Made by a program: the position numbers and the translations under genes
Origin: an uncultured bacterium
GTDB taxonomy: Bacteria > Eisenbacteria > RBG-16-71-46 > CAIMUX01
Length of the DNA stretch: 64,000 nt
Direction of reading: 5' to 3'
Assembly (NCBI GenBank): GCA_964636385.1
Contig: CAZWSC010000096.1
Span: forward strand, 3,593-67,592
Shown: in pieces, positions 20,316 to 29,452 of the stretch
Layout: each line of letters starts with the position of its first letter
How positions within the stretch are numbered: position 1 is the stretch's first letter
The notes under the pieces: generated by a model
The model's input: the letters and a program-made list of their open reading frames with translations, nothing else
Databases searched by the model: none
Told to the model about the DNA's origin: nothing

Positions 20316-20966
20316 ATGTCAGGATTCGAGAAGCTGTTCATCGGAATCGCCGGGATGATCGGCGCAGGCAAGTCGACCCTGGCCACGGAGCTGGGCAGAC
20401 ACCTCGACATCGACGTCTACTACGAACCCGTAGCGGAGAACGAATACCTGGAGGACTTCTACAGGGACACTCCCCGCTACGCCTTCGCCACCCAGATCTA
20501 CCTGCTCAACAAGCGGTTCCGTCAGCACCAGGAGATCATCTGGAGCGGCCGCTCCGCCGTGCAGGACAGGACCATATACGAGGATTCGGTTTTCGCAAAG
20601 ATGCTGGCCAGGCTCGGGATAATGGAGGAGCGGGACTACCGGACATACCTGGAGCTCTTCACGAACATGAGCAACTTCATGTGCAAGCCGAACGTGATCA
20701 TATACCTTGATGTATCCGCCGAAGAGTCGATGCGCCGCATACGGTCAAGGGGCAGGGACGTGGAGAACACTGTGACACTGGACTACCTGGTGTCGCTGTA
20801 TGAGGGATACGATGAGTTCGTCAGGGACATTTCCCGCGTGATCCCGGTGATACGGGTCGACTACGAAAGGTTCGGAACTGCGGAGGAGATGTCCCGGGTC
20901 ATAATGCGCGACTACCTGGATCACAGCTTCCTGCGGGAGGCGACGAGGTTCGATGCTACCATGTAG
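20316..20966 (+). CDS. Deoxynucleoside kinase (dAK/dGK/dCK family)
   Basis: 216 aa. P-loop GMIGAGKSTLATELG. dNK motifs YYEPV, ERSIYEDSVFA-like (DRTIYEDSVFAKM) and the LID-region Arg cluster RRIRSRGRDVE. Confidence 0.85.
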   Translation: MSGFEKLFIGIAGMIGAGKSTLATELGRHLDIDVYYEPVAENEYLEDFYRDTPRYAFATQIYLLNKRFRQHQEIIWSGRSAVQDRTIYEDSVFAKMLARLGIMEERDYRTYLELFTNMSNFMCKPNVIIYLDVSAEESMRRIRSRGRDVENTVTLDYLVSLYEGYDEFVRDISRVIPVIRVDYERFGTAEEMSRVIMRDYLDHSFLREATRFDATM

Positions 20967-21070
20967 GCCCGGATGGATGCCGGGCCCGTGCGCAACGCGG
21001 CATTCGCACGCATTTCCGGTGTTGCCGCAGAGGATTCGCGAATGCTGCGGGTCAAGAAAGGAGAGGTGCC

Positions 21071-21544
21071 ATGGCTGTCGAGACAGGCAAGGCGGCGCCC
21101 CTGTTCACGCTTAAGGATAAGGACGGTAAGAGCGTGTCTCTGGGAAGCTTCCGGGGGAAGGATGTGATCATATACTTCTATCCCAGGGACAACACGCCGG
21201 GATGTACGAAGGAGGCATGCGGGTTCAGGGACCACTGGAGGCAGATACAGAAGCTTGGCGCGGTGGTGATCGGGATTTCGCCGGACAGTTCCGAATCGCA
21301 TGCCAGGTTCGCCGCGGAGCAGAAGCTGCCGTTCATCCTCCTCTCGGATCCGGACCGCAAGGTCATGACCAGGTACGGCGCTTACGGCGAGAAGACGATG
21401 TACGGGAAGAAGACGATGGGGGTGATCCGCTCGACTGTCTGGGTCGGCCGCGACGGAAAGGTGAGAAAGCACTGGGCCAGGGTCACGAGGGCAGAGGCCC
21501 ATCCGGCCCAGGTGCTGGAAGCCCTAATGGCCGGGGGGGTGTAG
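21071..21544 (+). CDS. bcp: Peroxiredoxin Bcp (thioredoxin-dependent thiol peroxidase)
   Basis: 157 aa. FYPRDNTPGCTKEAC places the peroxidatic Cys in TPGC context, with resolving Cys 5 residues later as in Bcp/PrxQ. Confidence 0.85.
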   Translation: MAVETGKAAPLFTLKDKDGKSVSLGSFRGKDVIIYFYPRDNTPGCTKEACGFRDHWRQIQKLGAVVIGISPDSSESHARFAAEQKLPFILLSDPDRKVMTRYGAYGEKTMYGKKTMGVIRSTVWVGRDGKVRKHWARVTRAEAHPAQVLEALMAGGV

Positions 21545-21700
21545 AGGGAGGGAGAGCCGGGCCCGGCATGACCGGCTCCAGCGGAGTTGTGGCCTCTCCG
21601 GATCCTCCGTCATCTGCAAAGGCACGAGGCCGGCCCACTGTGGCTGACCTCGTGCCCGCAGCTTCCGCCGGCCATCCAACCAGGCGCGGCCGGAATGCTT

Positions 21701-22775
21701 CTACAACTCCCGCAGGATCAGCGGAGCGAGGCACTGCAGCCTGGACTCGTATCCCTTCGGGTCCAGGAACCAGCCGGCGATCGCAACGCTCGAGAGCAGC
21801 GAGTTCCCGTCCTGTGGTGTGAAAGCGAACCCGACGATGGTATTGTCCGGCGTGACGTGCAGCGTCTTCACGGGGATGACGGTCTGCGACAGGATACGGC
21901 CGTAATGCCCGTGATCACGGCCGTAGGAGAAGACCTGGTTTGCGGAGGTCTTCTCCGTCAGGGCGATGCGGGTGTTCTCGCCGAGACGCTTCAGCACGGT
22001 CGCCTTGTCCATCTTCTCCCTGACCCTGATGTTGAACCAGAGGCAGTGCATGTACTGCGTTGGCAGCTTGATCGCCGACGAGAACAGGTTGAGGTCGTAG
22101 TTCATGGTCTGGTAGAGATGCCAGGCATCGCGGGCATGGTGGGTGCCGAACCTCTCATCATCGTGCTTCCCGACCTTCGGGGCCGGGACAAAGGATCCAT
22201 CCTGGGATATGTCGCTCGCCCGGCGCATCATCACAAACTTGCCCTCGAGCAGGTTGGAGGGATCCCTGCCGGCCAGGGCCAGTGTGTCAACCAGGACCGC
22301 AATATTGTGGGTGTTGCATGAGACGACCTGCACGTACTTGTCCCTGCCCGGCTCCAGCGTGCTGTCGTTGATGCCGCGGGCGTACATCCTGCCGAAGCCG
22401 AACTCGCTGCCCTGCGCCACGAATCCGAGTGTGTTCGACTCGTACCGCTCGTAGTACTTGTTCTTGTTCTCCTGGCCGACGCCGGACGGGGTGCAGTCGA
22501 TGACCACTGTTGCGCGGCTGATGGCCTCTTCGGTATCCCAGGTCACCTTCATCCCCATCTCCTCGAACTTGGGGATTGTCGGCCCGTCCGTGACCAGGAG
22601 TGCTCCGCGGTTGACCAGGTTGCGTACCTTTGCGCGCTCGTCCAGAAGCGGGGTTCGCTTGTGGAACGAGACGGTCTCGATGCCCAGTTCCTTGCGGAAA
22701 TCCGAAAGCAGGCCGATCAGGGGCTCACCGATCGTCCCGGTGCCGACAACGTGCACGTGCCTGGTCTCGCTCATC
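21701..22775 (-). CDS. Glyceraldehyde-3-phosphate dehydrogenase, class II (archaeal type)
   Basis: Start set at in-frame ATG 22775 (MSETRHVHVVGTGTIG...). Blocks match archaeal GAPDH: VIDCTPSGVGQENKNKY (cf VIDCTPEGIGAKN), QVVSCNTHNI (cf VVSCNTTGL), FVMMRRASD (cf AVIVRRGADP). Not the bacterial GapA signature SCTTNC. Confidence 0.6.
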
Positions 22776-23035
22776 CGATACCTCCAGGGGATTGTGGGCC
22801 AACTCCGGACATGTCGCCGGGCCCCTCCGGCAGGCGACTGCGCCAAGACCAGGCAGGGACTCGCGAGGATTCCGGACCGTATTCGGGAACTCGCAGGGCA
22901 CTATAGGCCGCCCCTGCAGGGGTGTCAATCAGCGGCCCGGAATGCGGGTCCCACGAGCCGGATCCCCTGCCGGGAGCATCCTTGCGGCAGGTATGCACGA
23001 CCGGGACGATCCCCCGCGAAGGGGGGAGATGCGCG

Positions 23036-25798
23036 TCACCGCATCAGCAGAACACGCGCTGAGCGGGTCTCACCTGCCGCGTCCAGCCTGCTGAAGTAGA
23101 CTCCGGAGGGTGCACGGCGGCCTTCATGGTCAAGCCCGTCCCAGATCTCCGCATTCCAGCCTGCGGGGGAATGTGCGTCCCTGAGGATCCTGATCCGCCG
23201 CCCCTGGACGTCCCATATGCCGAGGCGGGCCGGTCCCGGCTCCGGAAGCAGGAACCGGATGCCTGCAACGTCCCTGGCCGGGTTCGGGCGTGAGGTCAGA
23301 AGCCTCACGCGCGTCCCTTGACCGGGAGTATCCGGCAGGAACTCCCCCAGAACCCAGGACAGGCAGCCCCGCAGGTCGTCCGGATGCCAGCGGTAAGGCC
23401 TCCCGCTAAGGAAGAAGAAGCCTCCTCCCCCGGCTTCCCCGGGAAGACGAAGGACGCCGAGAAATGTGCCGGATCCCTCCTCCGCAGCGTACAGGGGTCT
23501 GAGGCGGGGGGAATCCTCCAGCCGGAAGAAGGACACCGGCGATTGCCCGCCTTCTATGCGCAGATCAGGGAGCCCGGTATGCAGGGCCCTGTAGGCGATC
23601 GCCTCGGCATCCTGTTCTTCCCATGAGATCCCGAGGTACTCCACAAACGGGTCCGGAAGATACGTGCGTCCGCTCAGGGTCATAAGGGCCGCGTTTCCTC
23701 CGGCCTCCAGGTAGCCATGCAGGGGAGAGTCGATCCATCCCATGCCATCACCACCGTAGTTGTTGGCGACCCAGACAACCGCCTCATATCTGCCCAGAAC
23801 ATCCGCAGGAATGGCTCCGTGGCCGATCGGGGCGGGCAGCGAGCGCGGGTAGCCGGTGGAGGGCGGCCTGTGGTAGTCCCAGAAGTCGTATGCATAGGCA
23901 CCTGTGAAGACATGGTCATCGTAGAAGCTCCGGACCTCTTCCCCGGCGGAGACCATCCATGGCACTCCGTTGACGAGCAGAATCTGGCGATCGAAGGCGG
24001 GCTGGTCCATCGGGGGGATCACCCGGCGCAGGATCCACTCGTGCGGGTCCACCTCGATCGAGGACGGGAGGAAGTCCGCAGGCAGTGCGTAGGTCGTATC
24101 CGCTGAGGCATTGTCGACCCGGAAGGTCTGTGACTGCCCCGATTCCGACGAGTGTACAACCAGGTCCACGGGCATGTGAAAGACGGTCCCGGATTGCAAC
24201 TGTCGCAGACGAAGCTGAAGCTCGTAGCCGTCTCCGGCCGGCCAGGCCGTCCAGTCGTGGGTGTAAATCGGGAAACCCTCACCGTACACCCACTGGTGGA
24301 AGAAGTGATCGAGATCAAGACCCGAGACAAGCTCCGCCGCTTCCCGCAGATCCTCCGTGCGGGCCGTTCCACCCACGTGCCTCTCATAGTAGGTCCCGAG
24401 CGTGGCGAAGAAGTCGTCATCCCCCAGAACGCCCCGCAGCATGTGAAGCACCCATGCCCCCTTGTAGTATGAGAGCGAGGTGTCGAAGATTCGGTCGGAA
24501 TCCTCGATGTCGTACACATATACGCTTCCCCGGCCATAGTAGCGGAACTTCGTGATCTCATCCCGATACGCATCCAGGCCTTCCACCGCTTCCCGCCACA
24601 AGGCCTGACTGTACGTGGCGAACCCTTCGTTCAGCCATACGTGATGGAAGTCGGCGCACGTTACTGCGTTTCCCCACCACTGATGGGCAAGCTCGTGCAC
24701 AACCACGATCTCGCTTCGCGAGCCGAGGGAGGTCATCGTCTGGTGCTCCATCCCGCCGGAGAATGGGATCTGGGCGTGCCCGTACTTCTCGTCCAGGAAC
24801 GGGTATTCGCCGAAGATCTCCGCGAACACCCCGATCATGGAGGCGACCCTGGACTGCACCGGGGTCCAGTCGCCAACGCTGACGGGGTAGTTGTAGAAGA
24901 CCAGGGGCATACTCTCGCCCGATTCGGAAGTGTACAGATCCTCGGTGATCTCGTATTCATGGGCGGAGAAGGCAACCAGGTACGAAGCGATGGGATGGGT
25001 TTCCTCCCAGAGGAACGAGGTCCTTCCCTCGCCTTCGAACACCCCGGCGAGGCGTCCGTTGCCGGCCACGGCGAACCCTTCCGGAACGGTTACACGCACG
25101 CGTACAGTGTCGGCCTTGTCCTCGGGGTGATCCTTGGTGGGCCACCAGCACCGGGCCCCACGCGGCGCGCCGAAGGAGTAGACTATCGGGGCCCCGGCGA
25201 TGTCCCGGAAGTGGAGGCCGCTCCAGCCGTCGGTTGGCGGGGTTCCGCCGTAATCGATCTCCACCACCAGTTCGTCCCCGACAGGAGGGGGCGGGTCGAG
25301 CCGGATCCGGATCAGGTCTTCGTGTCTGGCCGTGGAATCGTGTTCGGCTGCCGCTCCGTCCAGTCTCACGGCAGTGACTTCGAGCTCACGGCGCAGGTCC
25401 AGCTCCACCGCGTGCAGCGGGGCCGACAGGCCGAGACTGTCAGGTACGACGCGCATCCGAAGCACCGCCGTACCCTCGATCGTCCCCTCGTCCGGAAACA
25501 CCTCCAGCGAGAGATCGCAGACAAGCATGTCGATCAGTTTCTGCATCTCTGTCGGCGCCGTGCGGACGCCTCCTGCAAGCCGAAGCGCCGATGACTTCGC
25601 TGCTGCGCAGGGGTGAACCGCTCCGCATTGCGGGCAGGGGATGGCCTCGTATTCCCCCTGCTCATGCCTGGGAAGAGCATCCCCGGGAGAGGCGGCCCAC
25701 AGGGGCGCCGGTACGGCAGCAAGGGCAATCGTGGAGATCGCAAGGGCCCAGGAGAGCAGGGCGGGACGCGCCGGGACTGGCTTCCGTTTCAACTGCAT
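23036..25798 (-). CDS. Secreted M1-family zinc aminopeptidase with T9SS-type/FlgD-Ig-like C-terminal domain
   Basis: 920 aa. Signal peptide LSWALAISTIALAAVPAPLWAAS. GAMEN-like GGMEHQ, HELAHQWWGN and WLNEGFATY zinc-binding motifs. C-terminal ...PNPARDVAGIRFLLP...SGVYFSRLDAAGETRSARVLLMR sorting-domain pattern. Confidence 0.8.
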   Translation of the reverse strand: MQLKRKPVPARPALLSWALAISTIALAAVPAPLWAASPGDALPRHEQGEYEAIPCPQCGAVHPCAAAKSSALRLAGGVRTAPTEMQKLIDMLVCDLSLEVFPDEGTIEGTAVLRMRVVPDSLGLSAPLHAVELDLRRELEVTAVRLDGAAAEHDSTARHEDLIRIRLDPPPPVGDELVVEIDYGGTPPTDGWSGLHFRDIAGAPIVYSFGAPRGARCWWPTKDHPEDKADTVRVRVTVPEGFAVAGNGRLAGVFEGEGRTSFLWEETHPIASYLVAFSAHEYEITEDLYTSESGESMPLVFYNYPVSVGDWTPVQSRVASMIGVFAEIFGEYPFLDEKYGHAQIPFSGGMEHQTMTSLGSRSEIVVVHELAHQWWGNAVTCADFHHVWLNEGFATYSQALWREAVEGLDAYRDEITKFRYYGRGSVYVYDIEDSDRIFDTSLSYYKGAWVLHMLRGVLGDDDFFATLGTYYERHVGGTARTEDLREAAELVSGLDLDHFFHQWVYGEGFPIYTHDWTAWPAGDGYELQLRLRQLQSGTVFHMPVDLVVHSSESGQSQTFRVDNASADTTYALPADFLPSSIEVDPHEWILRRVIPPMDQPAFDRQILLVNGVPWMVSAGEEVRSFYDDHVFTGAYAYDFWDYHRPPSTGYPRSLPAPIGHGAIPADVLGRYEAVVWVANNYGGDGMGWIDSPLHGYLEAGGNAALMTLSGRTYLPDPFVEYLGISWEEQDAEAIAYRALHTGLPDLRIEGGQSPVSFFRLEDSPRLRPLYAAEEGSGTFLGVLRLPGEAGGGGFFFLSGRPYRWHPDDLRGCLSWVLGEFLPDTPGQGTRVRLLTSRPNPARDVAGIRFLLPEPGPARLGIWDVQGRRIRILRDAHSPAGWNAEIWDGLDHEGRRAPSGVYFSRLDAAGETRSARVLLMR

Positions 25799-25971
25799 GG
25801 AGAACCTCCGCTGGGTTCGTTGCCTGCACGGTTCAGTCCGGCGGGCACGCAGGAGTTGCCGTATCGAGGCGGATTCTACAGCCTCGGTGCTGCGATCTCA
25901 CCAGTCTTCTGCCGCGACAGATCACATGACTGCCGGGGGCACTGAGATGTGTGGGGAACCCACCGCCTTCC

Positions 25972-28731
25972 TCAGCGCACCCTCAGAATCCTGCGCACCG
26001 CAGACTGGCCCCCCGCCTCCAGGCGAAGGTAGTACATCCCGGATGGAGCCTGGCGCCCGGAGTTCGTGCTGCCGTCCCAGTGTGCTTCGTGCAGGCCCGG
26101 GGGAAGAACGGTGTCCATGAGTGACCGCACCTCCCGGCCCTGAACGTCCCACAGGCCCAGCCGCACGGTGTTCCTGGAGGGAAGGACGAATCTGAGCGCG
26201 GTCACTCCCCCGAATGGATTCGGTTGTGGGGCGGCCAGAAAGAGCCGGGTTGCTGTTGCGGATTCGGGGATGCCGGAGGCTTCGTCCAGCCCCATGTAGT
26301 GGCTCAGTATGTAGTCCACATTGGTGCTGAGATCCTGGTAGTCCCAGCGGTAGGGACGGCCGTTCAGAAGGGCGAACCTGCCTCCGCCGGGGTTGTATGT
26401 GCCTCCCGATGCGGGAATCCTGATCACCCCTGCGCCTGCATTGGGATCCCACCCCAGCACTGCCTTGTACAGTAGAGTGCTCTCGGGATGGAGATTGTCC
26501 GGATCGAAGCGTGACACGTAGCTCTGCGAACCTGTCCGGCCGATGTTGGTCAGGCCCGGTTGAACGGCTACGCAGTCGTAAACGCTGTCGGTTCCCAACC
26601 ACTCTATGCCCAGATACCGCCTGTACGGATCCACAAGGAATGTCTCGGCCATCCGGGTCATCAGGAGGACATTCCCCCCGGCCTCCAGGTATCCGTAGAT
26701 CGGGGTGTCATACCAGTTCTGCATGTCTCCCAGCAGGTTGTTGCCCAGCCAGATGACGGTTCTGTACTGCCCGAGCACACTCCCGGGAACGCTGCCATGA
26801 CCGATCGGCTGGGGTACGGTGGGGGGATAGCCGCCGGACGGTTCGTCGAAGCAGTCCCAGAAGTCGAACGAGTACGATCCCGTAAAGGCACTGTTCAGGT
26901 AGGCGTTTACAACTTCATCGCCGTGCGTGGTCCAGTGCAGACCGTTTACGAGCAGCAGGTGCTTTTCGAATGTCGGCTCGTAAACGGGCGCCAGGACCAC
27001 CCTCAGGATCCAGTTGTCGGGATCAAGGGCCACTTCCCGGGGTTCTGCGGAGACGTGGAGTGTGTAAGACTCCTGCTGAAGCGAGGTTTCGATGCGGAAT
27101 CGCTCTTCGCCATCCGCCGTTGTTACGGCGACTTCGACCGGCATGTCGAACAGCTGCCAGGGCTGGACCTGCTCCACATCGAGTGCGATCTCGTGTCCGT
27201 CGCCCGTGGGTGCCGCATCCCATGAGAAGGCATAGATCGGGTAGTACTCGCCGTAGATCCACTGGCTGAAGAAGGCGCTAAGATCCCTGCCGAAGGAAGC
27301 CTCGGCGACAGCCTGAAAGTCCTGCGTGGTGGCGACTTCATGTTCAAAAGCCTCCCGGTAGTCAGCCAGAAAGGCGAAAAACGCCTCGTCGCCGAACATG
27401 CCACGCAGCATGTGCGGGATCCAGGATGCCTTCCTGTAGGAGAGGTCCTTGTCGAAGATCCGCATCCGGTCTTCGAGGTCGGGCACGTGGATGGTTCCGG
27501 GGCCGAAGTACTGCGTCAGGCGCATGATGTAAGAGTAGGCTTGCGGTCCATAGGCGGCCTCCGCCCAGATTGCCTCGCTGTAGGTGGCCATTCCTTCGTT
27601 GAGCCAGATGTCGTGAAAGGTTGCACAGGTGATCATGTCGCCCCACCACATGTGTGCCAGTTCGTGTGCTATCAATCCCTCTCCGAAGTATCCCAGGCTT
27701 GTACAGGTCTGATGCTCCATGCCGCCTGCCCAGGAGATCTGTGCATGCCCGTACTTCTCGTCCGGGAATGGATACTCCCCGAATACCCGGACGAAGGCCT
27801 CGATCATCTCCCGGACTCTGGCCTGAACAGGTTCGACGTCAGGGATGCTGCCAGGGTAGTTGTAGAAGACGATCTCCATCGGATCACCCCCGGACAGGGG
27901 CGTGTACCAGTCGCTGTACTGGTGGTATGGATGCGAGGCGAGGAAGACAAGATAGGTGACAATCGGGTACTTTTCGTGCCACCAGGCGAAGGAGACGTCC
28001 CCGTCGTCCCACTGCTCCCTGAGAAGACCGTTTCCCGCGGTGATCATCCCGGAGGGGGCCGTTATGCGCACATCGACCGAGTCGGCCTTGTCGCAGGGGT
28101 GATCCTTGCAGGGCCACCAGTCCCGGGATCCGAACGGCTGGCTGTGCGTCCAGATGACCGGCTGACCATCATGGGTGTGTGTTCTGAAGGCGGGAGGTTC
28201 CGGGTTGCCAGAGTAGTTGACTGTGACGGCGAAGAGATCCTCACTTGCGTAGGGCCGGTCGAGGCGGACCGTCAGAATATCGTCGGAGTGCCGAAACTTC
28301 GCCGGTGAGCCTGCTGTCACGACGCATGACACGGCAAGATTGGAAGACAGATCCAGTTCGATCTGCTCCAGGGGTCCCGCGACGACCCGGGCAGTCATGG
28401 TGACCTCCCCGGTCAGGATCTCGGCGTCGGGGTCCAGATCCAGAGTCAGATCCAGGTCGTAGTGGATGACATCGTAGAGAAGCTGGTTCGGGGTGGGCTC
28501 CGTGTTGAGCCTGGTCCTCTTGAGCTCGTCAGCCATGGAGGCGGAAGCCGCCTTGTGAAAGGCGGCGTAAGGGGCCGTGTCCCATGCATCCCTGACCTGT
28601 GCAGGCCAGCCCGCCTCGCTCTCAGGGAAGAGGGCAAGGCGTCCGGGCGGACCATGTGGCCACCTGTCCAGGAGCGGCACGTGGAGATCATCCACCGAGG
28701 CGTGCACAAATGTGGTCCCGAAGATGGCCAT
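25972..28731 (-). CDS. Secreted M1-family zinc aminopeptidase paralog with T9SS-type/FlgD-Ig-like C-terminal domain
   Basis: GGMEHQ, HELAHMWWGD and WLNEGMATY motifs, collinear with the neighbouring M1 gene. C-terminal PQPNPFGGVTALRFVLP...SGMYYLRLEAGGQSAVRRILRVR. End set at ATG 28731 (MAIFGTTFVHA). A GTG at about 28770 would give a longer, better signal peptide (VVCHLFLRLGLGLF...). Track ORF extends to 28902. Confidence 0.8.
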   Translation of the reverse strand: MAIFGTTFVHASVDDLHVPLLDRWPHGPPGRLALFPESEAGWPAQVRDAWDTAPYAAFHKAASASMADELKRTRLNTEPTPNQLLYDVIHYDLDLTLDLDPDAEILTGEVTMTARVVAGPLEQIELDLSSNLAVSCVVTAGSPAKFRHSDDILTVRLDRPYASEDLFAVTVNYSGNPEPPAFRTHTHDGQPVIWTHSQPFGSRDWWPCKDHPCDKADSVDVRITAPSGMITAGNGLLREQWDDGDVSFAWWHEKYPIVTYLVFLASHPYHQYSDWYTPLSGGDPMEIVFYNYPGSIPDVEPVQARVREMIEAFVRVFGEYPFPDEKYGHAQISWAGGMEHQTCTSLGYFGEGLIAHELAHMWWGDMITCATFHDIWLNEGMATYSEAIWAEAAYGPQAYSYIMRLTQYFGPGTIHVPDLEDRMRIFDKDLSYRKASWIPHMLRGMFGDEAFFAFLADYREAFEHEVATTQDFQAVAEASFGRDLSAFFSQWIYGEYYPIYAFSWDAAPTGDGHEIALDVEQVQPWQLFDMPVEVAVTTADGEERFRIETSLQQESYTLHVSAEPREVALDPDNWILRVVLAPVYEPTFEKHLLLVNGLHWTTHGDEVVNAYLNSAFTGSYSFDFWDCFDEPSGGYPPTVPQPIGHGSVPGSVLGQYRTVIWLGNNLLGDMQNWYDTPIYGYLEAGGNVLLMTRMAETFLVDPYRRYLGIEWLGTDSVYDCVAVQPGLTNIGRTGSQSYVSRFDPDNLHPESTLLYKAVLGWDPNAGAGVIRIPASGGTYNPGGGRFALLNGRPYRWDYQDLSTNVDYILSHYMGLDEASGIPESATATRLFLAAPQPNPFGGVTALRFVLPSRNTVRLGLWDVQGREVRSLMDTVLPPGLHEAHWDGSTNSGRQAPSGMYYLRLEAGGQSAVRRILRVR

Positions 28732-29105
28732 GAATAGGCCTAACCCCAAGCGCAAGAACAGGTGGCACACTACCGGGAAGCTGCCTGCCCCGGGGCTCGG
28801 ACTTGAGCTGATCAAGCTACACCCCCTTGCCGGTCCGGTCCGGCCGCAGAATTCGCAGTAGTCCGGGCGGTTCCGGGATCGGATCCCGCACCCCCGAGAC
28901 ACCTCTCCCGCCTCTCACAACTCCCCGATTGTAGCATGATGAATGGCAGGCTGCCGCTGCCTCAGGAGATGCCGCCCCCTGGGTTCGGGTGGAGATTCCG
29001 CATGCAAGGCCCGGATAAGAGAAGCCCCGGGGAAGCTACTCCCAGGGGCGCGTGCTTCGGGACCGGATCCGTGTCAGATGCAATCCTCAGTCCACAAGGC
29101 GAACA

Positions 29106-29381
29106 TCAGGAACCGAAGAAGTAGGTTGATTCGCGCAGGGGCTCGTCCTGCCGTTCCGAGAGATCTTCGTATGCTATGCGCGAGAGGCCGTTACGGATGC
29201 GCTGGATGGCCTCAATGGTGACCTTTTCGCTTGGACTCGTGCCCCTGCGGCGATGGATCTCGTTGATGCGCTCCGACTCCTTGGCGGCCGACATCACAAG
29301 TTCATACTTGCTGCGGACTTCACAGTAGTGCGGCTCATTCGCTTCTGGTTGTTCCTCAGGGCCTTTGTCTTCGTCGAGCAT
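29106..29381 (-). CDS. rpoZ: DNA-directed RNA polymerase subunit omega
   Basis: 91 aa. SKYELVMSAAKESERIN resembles the RpoZ core (NRYELVxxAAKRARQL), followed by a VTIEAIQRIRNGL helix. Position upstream of htrA is not informative. Moderate confidence only. Confidence 0.5.
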   Translation of the reverse strand: MLDEDKGPEEQPEANEPHYCEVRSKYELVMSAAKESERINEIHRRRGTSPSEKVTIEAIQRIRNGLSRIAYEDLSERQDEPLRESTYFFGS

Positions 29382-29452
29382 CAGCGGATGACTCCTATTC
29401 GGTTTCAGAACGAGCCGCGCCGCCCCCTGGACGGCACGGACTGCGGAGTATA

